Positions 36,086-50,931 of a stretch of 64,000 nt of DNA are shown here, piece after piece. Below the pieces are notes generated by a model. The model made no database searches. It saw only the letters and a program-made list of their open reading frames with translations, and was not told the DNA's origin. Numbering within the stretch: the stretch's first letter is position 1; each line of letters opens with the position of its first letter. This DNA comes from Bugula neritina (taxonomy: Eukaryota > Animalia > Bryozoa). The DNA is taken from positions 8,690,698 through 8,754,697 of the forward strand of contig OZ037765.1 in assembly GCA_964035545.1 (NCBI GenBank), written 5' to 3'. The translations under genes were made by a program, and so were the position numbers.

Positions 36086-38797
36086 TTACTGCAGCTTTGC
36101 TCCAACCAGAAACACTAGAGCAACAGCAGCAAGAACCATGGGAGCTTTAGCTTTCATCTCGGCAACACTATTGCAGTTAGATGTCTTGCAGTTGCAAATC
36201 TCCAACTAAAATAACAGGTTTGAAGTTAATATTTGTAATGCCAGTATCAAATACATGCACAAATAGCTAGCCTTGGAATTTCGCTGTTCATTGTAGGTTA
36301 GAGTTTTGGCATTGCGCTAGTAACATGTATTAGAATTAGCAAACAATTGAATTTTCAACTAAAATAAGTGCAAAGTAGTAATTCTTGAAGGTATTACAAG
36401 AGTTATATAGCATGGATCAGCACTTCAAGTTGAAAGTTACCTGCACGAGTTTAGTGCCTGTACTAAGTACACATCCTTCATCCTTCTCTTTCTTCAGCAA
36501 AAGAGGCTCAACTTCATCAGCACATCCTCTATCAATCTGCTTGATGTCTTTCTCAACTAAAAAATACGCACAAATCTAACCAACTGCATGCGGTCAAAAG
36601 TATCAAAAGAAAAAAAGAGTACCGTAGGTTATGCGGATGTTTTCAATGCTATGAAATAATTAATAGACTGAGTGAGTTGATGCTATTCACACATTATTAT
36701 CCTTTACAAGCACAAAAATTGTAACATTTTACTTGAATCAAGTCACTCAACACATGAAATGCTCATTTCTATAAGTTGGGACATGTTAAGAAGGGAAACA
36801 ATAGTACAAGGGTTTTTCTCAGTTTCTAATTTTTCCAGTATAAGTTAATGTAAAAATGCACTAATACCATCTTTTAATAGTACACTGTAGAGTATTTTTG
36901 CAACAGGTATTTACTTAATAAGGACACCAAAATTTGTGGAAACTTTACCTACCGGTTTGAACATATTTAAGGCATATTCCACTTGGGCATGATTTCTTTG
37001 GAAGTTTGTTTATATCAACAGGGTCATAACAGTCACCATCAGCGTCAGATTTACACACGTAACAATCTATTGGATTACCAGTATTGGCATCTGGTGCTGG
37101 CTCAGTGTTGTTTTGAGAGAAAACTAAAAGAAACAATGCAACACTGATTGTCATTTAACCAACTCAATTTATCATCATCAGAGTATCTAATAGTAATAGC
37201 GATTGCTGATAGCAAACAGATCCAGGTTCCGTTATTATTTATTAACCTTAATCAACTTCACTGATGTCGTATTAACTGAAATGTTAATTGTTAGTTTTTT
37301 GTGCATCAGTTTGAGATTGGGTTGCTGCAAAAGTTATCACTCTTAATTTATCATGGCCACCAAACCGAGATAATAAGAATAAATAATATGCTACTAAATT
37401 AAAATGCAAGTGTCAATGGTCAAACCCTATGTTATTAACAATAAATTTATAACTCTAATTATAATATAGGTAAAGTTAATCTCAACTAATACAATTGAAT
37501 TCAATGAATTATTATTACTATTAGATTGCCCAATCTATATTACCTACTTCTAGCATATATTATTATTAATATATTTATATTAGATAAAATATTACTGTAG
37601 TTGCAATTATAGTCAGTATCACTATGACTATTATAGTCATGGTGATATGATGTCAACAGTTATAGTGATGGTCATAGTGAGTACCATAAGGCACAAAGTC
37701 AAACATGTTCATAGCCGTGGTGATACTGACAGTCATAGGGATACTCATACTGACAGTCGGAGTGTAACTATAAGACTTGGTATCAATTAATTCCGACTCA
37801 GTTATGAGTTACACTCATACTCATACTGTAAGTGTAAGTTAAGTGTAAGTCTAAAACTCATACTCATAGCCAAGCCCAAGGTGATACGGACAGTCAGATA
37901 TTTATAATAATAATCATACTGAGGGAACTTGGTAGTTCAAGTTGGTGGGGAATTTTAACTTTTAGCCCACTCAGGATCACCATAATTCAAACTTGAACTT
38001 GATGCAAAATCAAAAAATATATTTATGACTTAGCCTTAGGGTATATTACATTTACAGTTAAACTTAAATCTAATGTTATGGTACTGGTGAACGATACTGA
38101 TTATGATTTGGATTATCGAATGAGAGTGAGTGACAATCACGATGACAATGGTTATGATTGTGATAAATTACTATCATCATTATGACTATCATACAATTAA
38201 TAATTGATAGACACAGTCACAATAACAATTACTATTACATCGTCTGCTGGTAGTTGAGTACGACACTGTCATACTCAACTAAAACCGGTAGTAACACTAA
38301 TAGACATAGTAGTAGTACTACTAGTACTACTACTAGTACTAGTAATACTAATTGACACTGACAGGGTGACAACTTGAACATTAAGAATAAGTTTAAATGT
38401 CCTTTGACTTCCGTTTACTTTAGTTAAACTTGAAGTTAAGTCTTTAAAATCAATGTAAAGCTTAAACTTAAAGGATACAATCACAATCATTGAAAATCAG
38501 TATTAGTATTACGATGTCGAACTGAAACTAAGTCAGTGTCATACTCATAGTCATTGTGATACTGATTATCATACTGATGCTCAATTTGAACTACAAACAC
38601 CAACAGTATGACTATGAGACTGAGTAACGCTAACAGTAACACTAAGTCTAACACTAACAGTAACAGCAACACTTACAAGTTCAGTTACAAGTTTAAGTTA
38701 TAATTGCATTTTGATTTTAAATGAATATTAATTATTTTCACTAACCTGAAGAGAACAAAACAAAAGACACTAATGATACAAAAAGTATATTAGCCAT
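36086..38797 (-). CDS. Ly6/uPAR three-finger (quiver/sleepless-like) GPI-anchored protein, 4 exons
   Basis: Signal-peptide exon 38797-38746, then exons at about 37124-36953, 36556-36441 and 36205-36086. Ten cysteines from IDCYVC to ICNCKTSNCN, followed by a hydrophobic C-terminal GPI signal. Confidence 0.88.
37590..38700. repeat. Degenerate ANANTN tract in intron 1 of the Ly6-like gene
   Basis: ATACTC/ATAGTC/ACACTA/ACAGTA/AAACTT units in both orientations, plus AGTAGTACTACT palindromes. Confidence 0.75.
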
Positions 38798-39891
38798 GGC
38801 AACAAAAGTCTAAAGGCGGTGAAATCCAAAAAAAATGATCCTGCAAGCCTCGAGAAGTGTAACTGAATAACTCTGCCGGTGATTTACAACCACTATAATA
38901 TATAACAAGAACCACTAAACAAACAGCAAATAATTACTGATATAGAGACAATCTGCGCCGAAAATTGTATAGACGTAACAAAATGACGCAGATACTACTC
39001 TTTCCTATGTGGAGTTGTCATCTTTTTTGTTATTCAAACCCGTCGCTATAATATTATATTATTTTCATGTAGCGATAAAAATGCTTGTATAATATATACT
39101 ATTATTGGTAAATAAATGAAAGTTGAAACTGCTATCTAAGGGCGTTTAGTATGTCATGCAACTTTAAAACTCGAAATTTGCTTCTAGCTTTAAGCACTTT
39201 TAGAGAAAATATTTAAAATGTCGGTAAGTTTATTCACATGATTGTGCTTCATATAGCAAATGATTACATTATTAAATAATAGCCACATATATATTATATC
39301 ATAATGTATATCTAGTGCTGTTAGTATGCAAAATGTTGTAGTGTTCAGCTGTGTACATAAAAAACAAAACATATTAATCTTGAGTTATACAGTTTTTTAT
39401 GCAATATTCCTTTCCAGACTGCTTGGAATATGTAAATTTTTTATATGTGCCTTCTTTAACACCCAACTGTTGACATACATTTTTGTTTTTTTTTCAATGT
39501 TAATGTTTATGTTTAATACTGGCACTATTCTATAAGAAATCTTCTATTTTATGAGTATAATATTATGATTGTTTTAAGTGCATGCAGTACTATGCAATTG
39601 TTTGCAAGTGTGTAAGTTATTAAACTATTTATAATATAGGTCACATTCACCAAAGCCTTAATTCCTCCCCCTCCCTCCCGCCCCCCCCCGCCTTGCATAA
39701 ACAAAGAGCGTTCAAATCACAAATAAGGCTGCATGTGTAGCTGGCAGAGATTTACTGATGCATTTTATACTGTAAGCATCTTACACTAAAATAACTAAAT
39801 AAAGCATTTATCTGGATTGAAGGAGGCTGTAGAAATTACTGGAGTTGTATTCTCAATTAGTCGGTTACCTTAGCAAAGGAAGCAAAATTCC

Positions 39892-40103
<212 letters not shown>

Positions 40104-42049
40104 GCGCACGTGTGTGTAGTTTTGTGTAGTTTTATCGACCAATTCCAGTACCAAATTTTTTTATTTTCTCTTTTCATTTGTCATATATTGCCTTTAATAC
40201 TATTATCACTGGATCATTAGTGTTGCTGTGATTAACAGTCTTTGTGCCATTTATCATCTTATCGCTTTTTTTATTATTATGTAATAATCATACTAATTTC
40301 CCATATCAATATAATATATCTATAATATTATGTGTGTCAATATTTTGTACTGTAAGTGGTTCTAATTTGATGTCATCAAAATAAAATTCAAAAATGAAAA
40401 AATTCAACAAACTATAATTATTTTCTACAAACTTTCTACTTTGAGCTTGAGAATACTAAACATGCATAATGTAATAATAAGCATGTAATTGGCCATAATC
40501 ACAAAAGTTTGTCTCACCAATGCTAGAATATGAGGTGTATGATCTTCCATTACAATTGATTGTAAAACCTAATGCATTTATGGGCTACAATAAAAATATA
40601 ATACACAAATATTTGTTGATAGTCAAAGTAACAGCTTTTTTGTTCTGCCTTCCAATCAGTCTCTGAGTTCTGTGTGATCAGAGTACCAGTCTACTTCAAT
40701 AGTCAGTTTGTGTTTCTCCTTCAGCCTTATATAAAAATTTGAAAAAAATTGATTCAAAGCTAAAAAGTCTAAGAACTACATAGAGCTGCAAGAACTGCAA
40801 TAGTAACTAAAAATGGTAAAAGCCATGGCACGGCAACTTAGAAATTTACACATAAGCAGTATAGTTAAATTGAAAGTATTCCAAGTAGACAGTCGCTGTT
40901 ACTAGTTAACTACATAGGTGCCTAAAGAGATGACAACTCAAGTTATTATAAATGCATGCTTTGCTGATTTCGTAACTTGCTTCTTCAGTTTGCATCCAAT
41001 GCCTCCCCAACAGACTCCATTCGATCAGTTGTAATTAAATATGTATAATGTTATTGTAAACATAAAATGCATTTGAAACTTGCTAATAGAATGACATAAA
41101 AATGCACTAATTTTACTGGTAAGTGAGATCAGGAAAAATCAAATATAAAATTTATTGAAATAAAATTCAAATTATATGCTCTAATACTAAAACATTGTTC
41201 AGCAAGTGAAACCTACTCGTCAGGTCATAGGGCTTCCTGCCTTGTGTCTGAATAGTTGGTATAACCTACGTGACAATGTTGTAGCATTAAAGTGCATAAT
41301 TGTTGTTTTGTTTTTCATAAGCTTGACCTATTTTAACTGGAGAATGCAGATAAATTATTAATGTTACAAATTTAAAAATTATGCAAAAGTGCTTACAATC
41401 TTTTACCTATTAATATCATATTTCAAAATATATTACAGACTTTGCCATTGATTATATAATGCTGCATTATAAGCATAATATTTATGAAATTATAGTTTAA
41501 TAAATATCAGATGCAAAAATTTACTATGTTTATTCCCATTGTATCATTGAGTGAAATATTGTGCTGAAATAGTAATAATTATTGTATACTTGCTATAACC
41601 CACATTAGCCTATGAAGCTGTTGTAAATATTTACAATGCTTTACCTACTGTAGGACGACCTATAGATGAATTACATTTGTAACGCACTCTGCACTATCCG
41701 TTGTTCCAATAATCATATGAAATCAGAAAGGGTTTGCAGTCCAACCTTTATTAATAACATACAGCAAGCTCATTAACTTTTCTTGATTTCCATAGCTCAT
41801 CTGGATGTATACACAAGAAGCTATATAAACAAAGACCGAGGTGGAGCCTATACCAGTAATAGCTAAGTCATCAGTAAGTCTACATGCTGCTAATCACAAC
41901 AACTTTGCTTCACACTTCGCCTACTTTAGTTGACAAAAAGACATATGCTATGTTAACTGAAAATTGCTTGAAGGAAAGAAATAAGCTGGCATTAAATTTA
42001 GAAAGAAGTTTAGAAATTTAGAATAAGTTTGAGACGTTGGACGCCTAGG

Positions 42050-42997
42050 ATGTCTGTGGATGAGTCAACACAATTTCCGGATTCGAGTTACTATCAGTAC
42101 TATAACGAGTCCGGGAATAATATGACAGCCGTGTTGCTGCCATATGAGTACTTTTCTGAATACACTTTTGAAGAATATGGAGAGGTCCTAGCTGTGACAG
42201 ATACGGAACTAAAGAAACTGTCTCCAGCCATGATTTCTTATATCGTGATATTCCTTTTGGGAGCCGTTGGAAATTCTCTGGTCATTTATTGCATCGCTAA
42301 ATACAAAAGAATGAAGAGCAACACAAATCAGCTGCTACTTAGCTTGGCTTGTGCGGATTTAATGGTTGTTCTAATATGTATTCCAGTTAAGGTAAGGTTT
42401 TACAGACTTGGTCAGTTTTCAGTTTATTATGGACCTCTTCCGAAGGAGCTGTGAAGTTTATTTTAATCAGAAATTGTGCAAACTCAGTTGCTGTTTGTAT
42501 GAAAAACCAACAGAGTATTACTAATTATAGGGGTAAAACTTTTACTTCAGCAAATTTGAACCAGAATAAGTTAATAATGGTAATAGACTATATAAATAAC
42601 GTTGAAACGAATTGCACCGAGCTAAAAACTTTTAGCAATTCATGGTGAAGAAACTATGTTTATATAATTTCTTCTTTGAAATTGATTCAACTAAAGACTT
42701 TGATTATTGATTAATATGCAATGTCAAAACTTATTGAGCAATTTAACTGTTCAATATCCAACGAAAAACTAGTTTACATTTAATAACAAAAAATTCTGCA
42801 AGTCTTACAGATATAAACATCATCCCTTGATGGTAGGAACAAATATTATTATTATAATATATTATAAGCTCTCATGAAGCATGTCATATTTAAACTATTT
42901 AATTAAACAATCATCAATAAAAAATCATAAGACATGTTTTTAACTAAACTTCTTAAAATAAATATCAACTACAGGTTTTAGTATTAATAAATAGCCA

Positions 42998-43069
<72 letters not shown>

Positions 43070-46000
43070 AGAAATGATACAATTCTTCTTTATTTCAGTT
43101 TGCCAAGTTGTTCTCCTACGGCTGGGTGTTTGGGCCTGTCATGTGCAAATTGACTCACTACATCCAGACCTGGTCCATGGTGACTAGTGTCATGACTTTG
43201 ACGGCTATAAGTGTTGAAAGGTATTTATTCTGATAATAACCACCAATATGCAATGTTGACTATATATTTCTCTATTAAAGCAATATTTTCTAAATTAGTC
43301 CATTACATGTTTGCATAATAAGCATCTAAGTGCAAGGTTCAATACTAATAAAATCTTAGTGGCATTTCTTGGCCTTTGCTGGAGATTAATGCTGGAAAAC
43401 CAGTTTTTTCAATATAAACTGAGTTTCTTACCTATTCTAATCAATACCTGTTCATTAGCAATTAATACTCTTGATCAAGTTGCTTAGTTTAAAAGTTTTT
43501 AACAAATTATTGGTAGTTTGTTTTCTAATATAAGTAGCATATTTCTCTATACTATATGCATGTACTTCTATCTACTTATACAATGCTATAATTAGCTAAC
43601 TGAGAACTGTCTTGTGAAACAAGTGGCAAATTATATGTAATGTAATTTACAAGTACCAATTGCATGTAATTGGTATTGGTCATGTTATTGATTTAGAAAT
43701 TAGTTCCAATTCCAAAAATTGGGAAGTTTGAACGATGAATTTTAATTTTTTGATTTAATAAGTTCTTGCAGGAGAATGCTAGTAATTGAAGAAAGCTGAG
43801 GACAAAATATAATGCTGTTCATGTATCACATATCACTACAAAATTAAATTGCAGTCTAGCTACGTACACAACAATATTTTGCCTTACTTTGAACAGTGTG
43901 TACTATTGCATTTTATGTTTTATCTGTAAAAAATATAAAATAGTTATTTGAATATCACGATGTGCTTTAATACAATACCACTATCATTACAGCTTTTCAT
44001 TTTCCAGTATGTTATATACTATTCACTATGGCAGTATGGCTCCTAAACAATTGAAACCTAGATTCTTATCAAATTTAACATTCTATAACCTTACATTTCC
44101 ATAACTAAATAATTATGCGGCATTACTGTACTATAGACATTCAGCCACTAAGCAACATTAATCTTTATTGCTTTATACAATTAATCCTACACAGAATTAT
44201 ATTACAGTTATCATGGAAAGTTATTTGAAACTTTTTGACATAAAATCTATCCAATTTTGACTATTCATAATATTTTACATGGTTATAGTATCATAAATTC
44301 CATAATACATGCTATAAACTACAGCAGTCTCTGACATAGACCCTTTACAATAGCTGAGTTTCATCAAGTCATTAACTTCAAGAATAATGTACAGTAAAAC
44401 AAAATTAGACTAATTGCAGTCGAAATTCCTTCTCCTAATCAATTTTTCTTTAATTTTATTTGAATAGATCAATTAACCTTAAAATATTGCTATAGAATGC
44501 GTAATATACTCTGTATCACTGACCTCACAAAATATAGAGCATTGACATATCTCACATGCACCAATAGAAGTAGAAGATGGTATTTATCCTAAACTTGTCA
44601 CTATATCAGCACGCTGTAGCTGCCTGGCGACCAGTAACTATACCTACAATATAGCTCATTCAGCATTATCCTGTAACACTCTGCAACTGTTACATAGTAT
44701 TCAATCACTGCTTAAAGTTGTTATATTGATATCATGGTTTCTTACTAGAATTCATTTTTGTCATTTTCCATCAATTTACTGAAGTTAGACAGAAAATGTA
44801 ACTTTATTTGTAAGATGCAGTAATAGATAAATAAAATTCTTCCTGTAGCATGAAGAGCCTGTGTTATCTAATTTTACTACACTTTACAAACGCAGGTTGC
44901 ATTATAAATGAAATGAATGTAGATCATAAAACCAATAGTTGCCTTGACTTTTTATTACTCTAACAGACTAAGCAGTGGCACTATTCAAGATTTTCAGTAG
45001 TGTAGGCGTATTTGATAATCACAGCTCTATCAAGTAAACAACAACAATAAACAGTAGTAACAAAAATAATTTCTATCCAAAAGGTGTTTAAATAATTTTT
45101 GAGAGTTTTGTTCATGCAGCTCTACTCTTGTTATTATGAAGGTATATTGATTTTAGCACACCAGAATTTATTGTCTTCAAACAATATTTTGTGTAGGTGA
45201 AATATATTTTTATAATTTTCTTTTCAATTTATATTCTCACTCACTCACTCCCTCACTATGCAATCTATTATAAATATGTGAGATATGTGAGATGTTTTTG
45301 TATTCATCTTGCATAATCTTGTAAAACACATAATATTGTGATTCATGATGATTTAATTGGTATATGCTATCAGTTTACTTGAGTAAAAAATGTAAATATT
45401 TAATAATCGTATAAACAAAGGCAGACTACTCTCACTCATCCTGTTTATTAAAGCTTGATGCATGCAATTCTTTGCCAGAGCTTTCGATATGACATACAAC
45501 CTCAAGAGCACCTGTGTGATGTAGTCAAAATTTGAGCTCTCTCACAAGATAGAAAAGGATAGTACAGTTAGTTATCAGCTCTAGTTGATAATTGCCTCAA
45601 TTAGCTTTACCCTTTTCTAGTCAAAGTGCAGAAAGTTTTCTTACACAAAAGATCAATCCTGGGCTAATAATTAGATTAACTATAAACTTATGTAATAAAA
45701 GTTGATATTTTACTCTCCTGTGATTTTGTTGATTAAGCAATCAGTTTAATAAAGGTCATGCCTTATTACAAGCAGAAATCTACCTTTACATGTTTATAGC
45801 AAAACAATATCATGATTTTTCATCAATGATTCATCACAATTGTTCTACATATACAATAAATGCAATTTTTCACAAATAAACTTTGTTCTAGAACATAGTA
45901 TAATATAGACCGTATAAAGTAGTTATTCAACAGCTTAGCCCCTGGTGAATATAACACCATGAGTTAGAACTTTGCTAAAAGTTCACCTTTCAAAAAAAAA

Positions 46001-48932
46001 GAAAACAAAGTGTTAGGATTTATTTTTTACTAGTGAAAAGCTGGTGAGCCCAGTTTAAATCAGATTGTGAAGTGCTACAGCTCATGAGGTAAAGAAATTA
46101 CATCGATGCATGTCAAGTATTGCTTTTTACTTTTGTAGATATTATGCCATATCCCAACCATTAAGAGCTAAATCAGTTTGCACTACAAATCATGCTAGAG
46201 CTGTTATTCTGTCTATATGGATCTTTGCTAGTGCTTTATCTCTGCCAGTAATATTTGTACAGGTAAAGCAATTTATTATTCTTGTATCATAAAACATGTA
46301 TTACTAAGTTGCTGCTATTTGCAAATTATCATTGTTTATTGCCCTATACACTCTAGTATACATAACAGATATTATCCTGCACAGATTTTCCATAATGATG
46401 CTTTACCTGTTTTTATAGCTTTTATGCTTGATGATACAATATTATTATGTACTCTCACGCAAGTTTTTAGTCACCATCCCTGTGAGAAAACTCCTGATGT
46501 AAAAGGTTTTTGTTAAATCAGGCTAAGGACTTATTAAGATGAGGCACAGGAGCAATTATGACTGGATGCTCTTCTTAACATAACCAATGGCCTTTGTCAG
46601 GGCTCAAACCTATGACTTCGTGCTTACTAGGCAAATGCTCTAACTTCTAGACACCAGCTGCTTCCTATGATAAAATATTTAACGCAGCCTGTTGTGAGAT
46701 TTCTCTCAAATTAAAGCTGGGGTTGCCAAAATCGGTTGAAGAATAAAATTTGCCGCTGTACAATATGAGTTCTAGAATATTCGGTTGTTGAAAGTTAGAA
46801 TGCAGAAAAGCTTATAACATAACTATAACCCAGAGTTTCTGAATGAAATAAAACTGAGAAACAACTTTTGGTGGGAGCTGGGAGTTCAGATGGGGGTTTA
46901 GGCTTGGGTCTGGGGTGGAGATTTGAGTTTGGGAGTGTAGGTTTGGGTTCGTAGTTTAGAGTTTGGGTTTGAGAAAATTTAATACCAGTGTACATGCCAT
47001 TTTTATCTACTTTCCCATTTGTGCCATTATTATCTGTGCCGTCTTTACCTGTGCCACTTTTACCTAAAATTATATATTATCATAATGCAATTAATCTAGA
47101 ACTCATACTGAATCATAATATGATGGCGCCCACTTTTTAAAGTTAACCACACTAAAAACAAGTTTGATTTTATTAAATTTTGACTTTCAAACAAAATCTT
47201 GCTCAATGCAAGCAGCGCATTGAAAAAATATTCATGCAGTTTGATTGATCAAGTTGGAGTTGGGAGTTACCTCTAAATCATTTATGCCCCGGAAGTACGT
47301 AAAGTGGGCTAAACTTCTCAGATGTGCATGAAGTCATGAACTATTATAAAACTCCGTGGTTTTCACAGTTTAATCTAAATTTTAGTCTGAGGATTTTTCT
47401 ACACAATTCAAAGTCACCTGCAGTGAAACATTCTTAAACACCACCTATGGCTTATCTGCTACACCGCTCTTGTTCATTTTGTTTTTCTATTAATTCACCC
47501 AACTTGTTTAACCAAACTAAAATATAAAACAGAGAATACAATGTTTTATGAGTTACTATTATAGAAATGTATGTTTGTAGAACTACCATGCTATTGGACT
47601 AATCACCCCCATATACAGCTGCGATAAATCTTACATAAATGACAGGAAAAAAGAATTGCTTGTTCAGGGTTATGAGATGTATATGATGGCTCTAATGTTT
47701 GTTGTTCCTGTCATAGTGATGCTATGCACATATATAGGAGTGTGTGTTCAACTGTGGGCTGCCACTGATCGGATAACAAAAATAAGGTGATTGTTCGAGG
47801 GTATTTCCTGTCGCATTGAGAGAAATAACAGCTTTTATAATTCATTCGAAATTAGTAGTAACCATGATAACAACGTGATCCTGATATTATGAAATTCCCA
47901 GAGCAGATTGGAATATGAAATGTAGTAATAACCAATAACTAAATAGTAAACTCTTATTAGCTTTGTTTACAATTTTATGCAACTAATTAATAGTATGTCT
48001 ATATAGTGAGCCTTCAACACCAGAGAATGGAAGTCCAAAACTCCAGACTTGTGTAAGTCGACAAGAAAGTAGAGCCACTAATGAGTCAGTATATAAAATG
48101 TCAAGACAAGTTCACAATTCTAAAGAGGCCAAAATTAGATGGCAGGTACAGACAAATCTTGACCTAAACTGCATTGAATAATATTAGGCCTCAGGGCTTA
48201 ATGTAAAACCGAAAGGAACATATAATAATTGCTGACATTAAGCCAATAAAACTGGAGCACTAAAACTTATGCCTGATGCTAAAAAATTTTTATAAAAAGT
48301 AATTGTGAACAATAAAACATAATTTGAGACTTTTTAAAGTTTAGTTATTTCCTGTTTATGTGTCTATGTTATTTATTTTGCCAGGTTTTGAAAATGTTGT
48401 TTGTGGTGGTGATTATATTCATACTCTGTTGGTGCCCACTCCTCACTTACAACATCATAGTGGCTGTGGGTTTAGTGAAACTTTACGTGCCTCAGGACTA
48501 TCCATATGCTACTCATTTGAACAGGGCATTCTCCCTGCTAGCATACGCCAACAGCTGTCTTAATCCCATAGTCTATGGATTCATGTCCAGATACTTCAGA
48601 AAAAGTTTCAAGCAGGTAAAACATAGTTTATACAGCCTAATTATAACTCTTCTCGCATAATAATGATATATTTTTGTCCCATTGTATAAATTCTGCACAG
48701 CAAATGCATTCTGTAGGCATTATCAAGCTGTTGCTTATTGCGAAGAAGTAGATATAGAAGTTGCAGAAGTAAGAAATACACAGACCGATCCTCTTCCAGC
48801 CTTCGGAGGTACGGAGATGCAGGATGTGGTACTGATACGGCCAAACGTAACACTATAACTACTCTAGCTGCAGATTCTACTTTAAGTCGCAGCCCGCCAA
48901 TTTCCCCTCACGGTACTTACTCTGCAAAGTAA
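42050..48932 (+). CDS. Class A (rhodopsin-like) neuropeptide GPCR, 7 coding exons
   Basis: Exons at about 42050-42391, 43099-43220, 46139-46263, 47581-47786, 48008-48146, 48385-48615 and 48717-48932. TM1 GNSLV, TM2 LACADL, TM3 MCK...SVERY, TM6 FILCWCP, TM7 NSCLNPIVY. The ligand subfamily is not assignable by eye. Confidence 0.93.
43001..43066. repeat. (AT)33 microsatellite
   Basis: Perfect array ending about 30 nt upstream of a GPCR splice acceptor. Confidence 0.97.
46470..46660 (-). mobile_element. tRNA-derived SINE, copy 2 (GPCR intron)
   Basis: The reverse complement reads GCTGGTGTCTAGAAGTTAGAGC...GGTTTGAGCCC...GAAGAGCATCCAGTCATAATTGCTCCTGTGCC...ATCAGGAGTTTTCTCACAGGGAT, collinear with 17060-17240. 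Confidence 0.7.
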
Positions 48933-50931
48933 TAAAGTGTAATGTGCAGCACTTGTGAGGTTGTATAAATTGACAAACTATTTATTTTCATATTACTCTG
49001 TGCTTCTTCTATAAAATCTTGCAGTTTGAGATCCTTTGAGATAACTCCGCACTGCTTTCTCTACCATGAAGAAGCCTATATATAAATACTTTTGCTAAAG
49101 AACATATTATATTCTCAGCTTCATTGATAAAATTTAATGTTATTTATATAAATTAAGATATAAATATAACAGGTTATGCTAATAATAAAGGAAAAAATCC
49201 ATTGGGCAATTTATTGAATGTGGCTAGTTTTTATCTTCTCAAAAGTAAGAGTAATCCACTAGTATTATTCTAATTTGTAAAATTTTTATTGGACTGTAAT
49301 TTTTGTTGAATTGATTTTATCTAACATTTGTAATTAATCCTACTACTATTTGAAAAAATGATATTTTCTTGTAAAAATATAGCTATAAAATTTATAATCA
49401 ATTCAATTTTGATAATTCAGGTATATAATATAAAACTCTCTCTATATATACATGTATATAATATATTCTTATACATTTGAAAATCCAAAATAATGTGATT
49501 TTTTTCTTGCACGTTGTAACACTGTGTTCTATTTGGCTAAATGTTAAAGAGTTAATCTTTTTATTAAATTTCAAAATTTTGCTTTGCCTGGACTTTATAG
49601 CAATCTCAAAGTATGCATTATGGAAGATACTTGCTAGCTTGTAAATCAATATTATTATATAATGTATGCTAGAAATCAATAACAAAGACTTTATAAATCC
49701 AAGTGACCGCTGCTGTTATTAACAGCTAATATTGTGTGCACACACACTATAGTGGGCAGGTTAAAAAGCCAGCGTTGTAAATGCATAACCTTTTGCTATT
49801 TTAACATAATGTAATTAGGTAGAGAATCTTTTATCTTTGGTAAGGCTTAAATGCTACATTATAGGAAAATACCAAACTCGGTTTTTAAAATTTTCTATTT
49901 ACATAACTATGCTATTGTAGAAATTGGTCGGTACGTCATGTTGAGTTATATTTCCTTAAGCTTACACTGACTAACATGAACAATAGAACAGATAAATAGT
50001 TGAGTAGATACTGGATAGTTTAATGAGTGAAAAATAATAATTACTGAATGAAAAACTAAGCATACTTCATTGGATTTGAAATAAGAACAGTTGAAAATAA
50101 TATGTATGGCTATCAATGCTAAGAGGTAATGTTTGGATAAAATATTATATATTTCACTAATGAAAAATTGTTGCTCTACCATATGGTAGTTATATTAAAA
50201 TTATTCATATCATGTCATTGAAATTTCAATAGGTAATAAGAAGCTTATTTAATTTATAATATTAAGTTGTTTTTAGCTAGGATGAGGTGTAGTAAAATGA
50301 ACTATATTTGCTTCACTCAATTTTTTATTATAATGATCTGCTAATTGCATGCCTGAAAACTTAAAGCAAAGCTATGAATTAGCTAAACCATAATATTTGA
50401 ATGGGGGATATCAAATGCTAGTGTTTCTCAAGAACTCAGCCTTAACATAAATTATTAACTATTTTGTTAAGGCTTCTATGAGTTTATCACAAAACTAAAT
50501 AAACATGGGTGCTCGAGTATGCCTAGTTGCATTATTTGTACTATTATAGACACCAGGCTTACTAACTTACGATGGTATATTCATAGTAAGATAAAAAAAG
50601 CGTGGAATAGTGTTTAACAGTTTAATAATGCAGTTTTATGCCCTTTGTATTGAATAATAATTGCTCATTTATGAAATCTATAAATTTGTAAAAGCATATT
50701 TTGAAGGACAAAGTTTTTTTTTAAATATTGTGAGGTCTTAGAATTGTTTATTTTAATATAATGTTTATAAACCATACGCCAAGACAAATATTAGAGTTGT
50801 CTTCTTTTTTCTTTACACATTTGTAGCACCTCAATAGTCGATTATTATTCGCAAGTATTACATTAAAAATTGTAAAAGTTTAAAGCCGCTTATGAATTTC
50901 GTAAGTTCTGTTAAGCTTCAATAGTTACAAA

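Noticed and set aside
38275-38672. Hydrophobic or Ser/Thr-rich ORFs here and at 55706-55969
   Set aside because: By-products of the hexamer-periodic low-complexity tracts, with no splice or homology support.
38790-38803. RFX X-box-like GTTGCCATGGCTAA at the Ly6-like start codon
   Set aside because: It coincides with a GCCATGG Kozak context and the second half-site is imperfect, so it is probably coincidental.
46710-47380. Possible TTAA-flanked transposon(s) with G-rich hexamer repeats in a GPCR intron
   Set aside because: I could not pair matching terminal inverted repeats; probably repeat debris, with unsupported boundaries.
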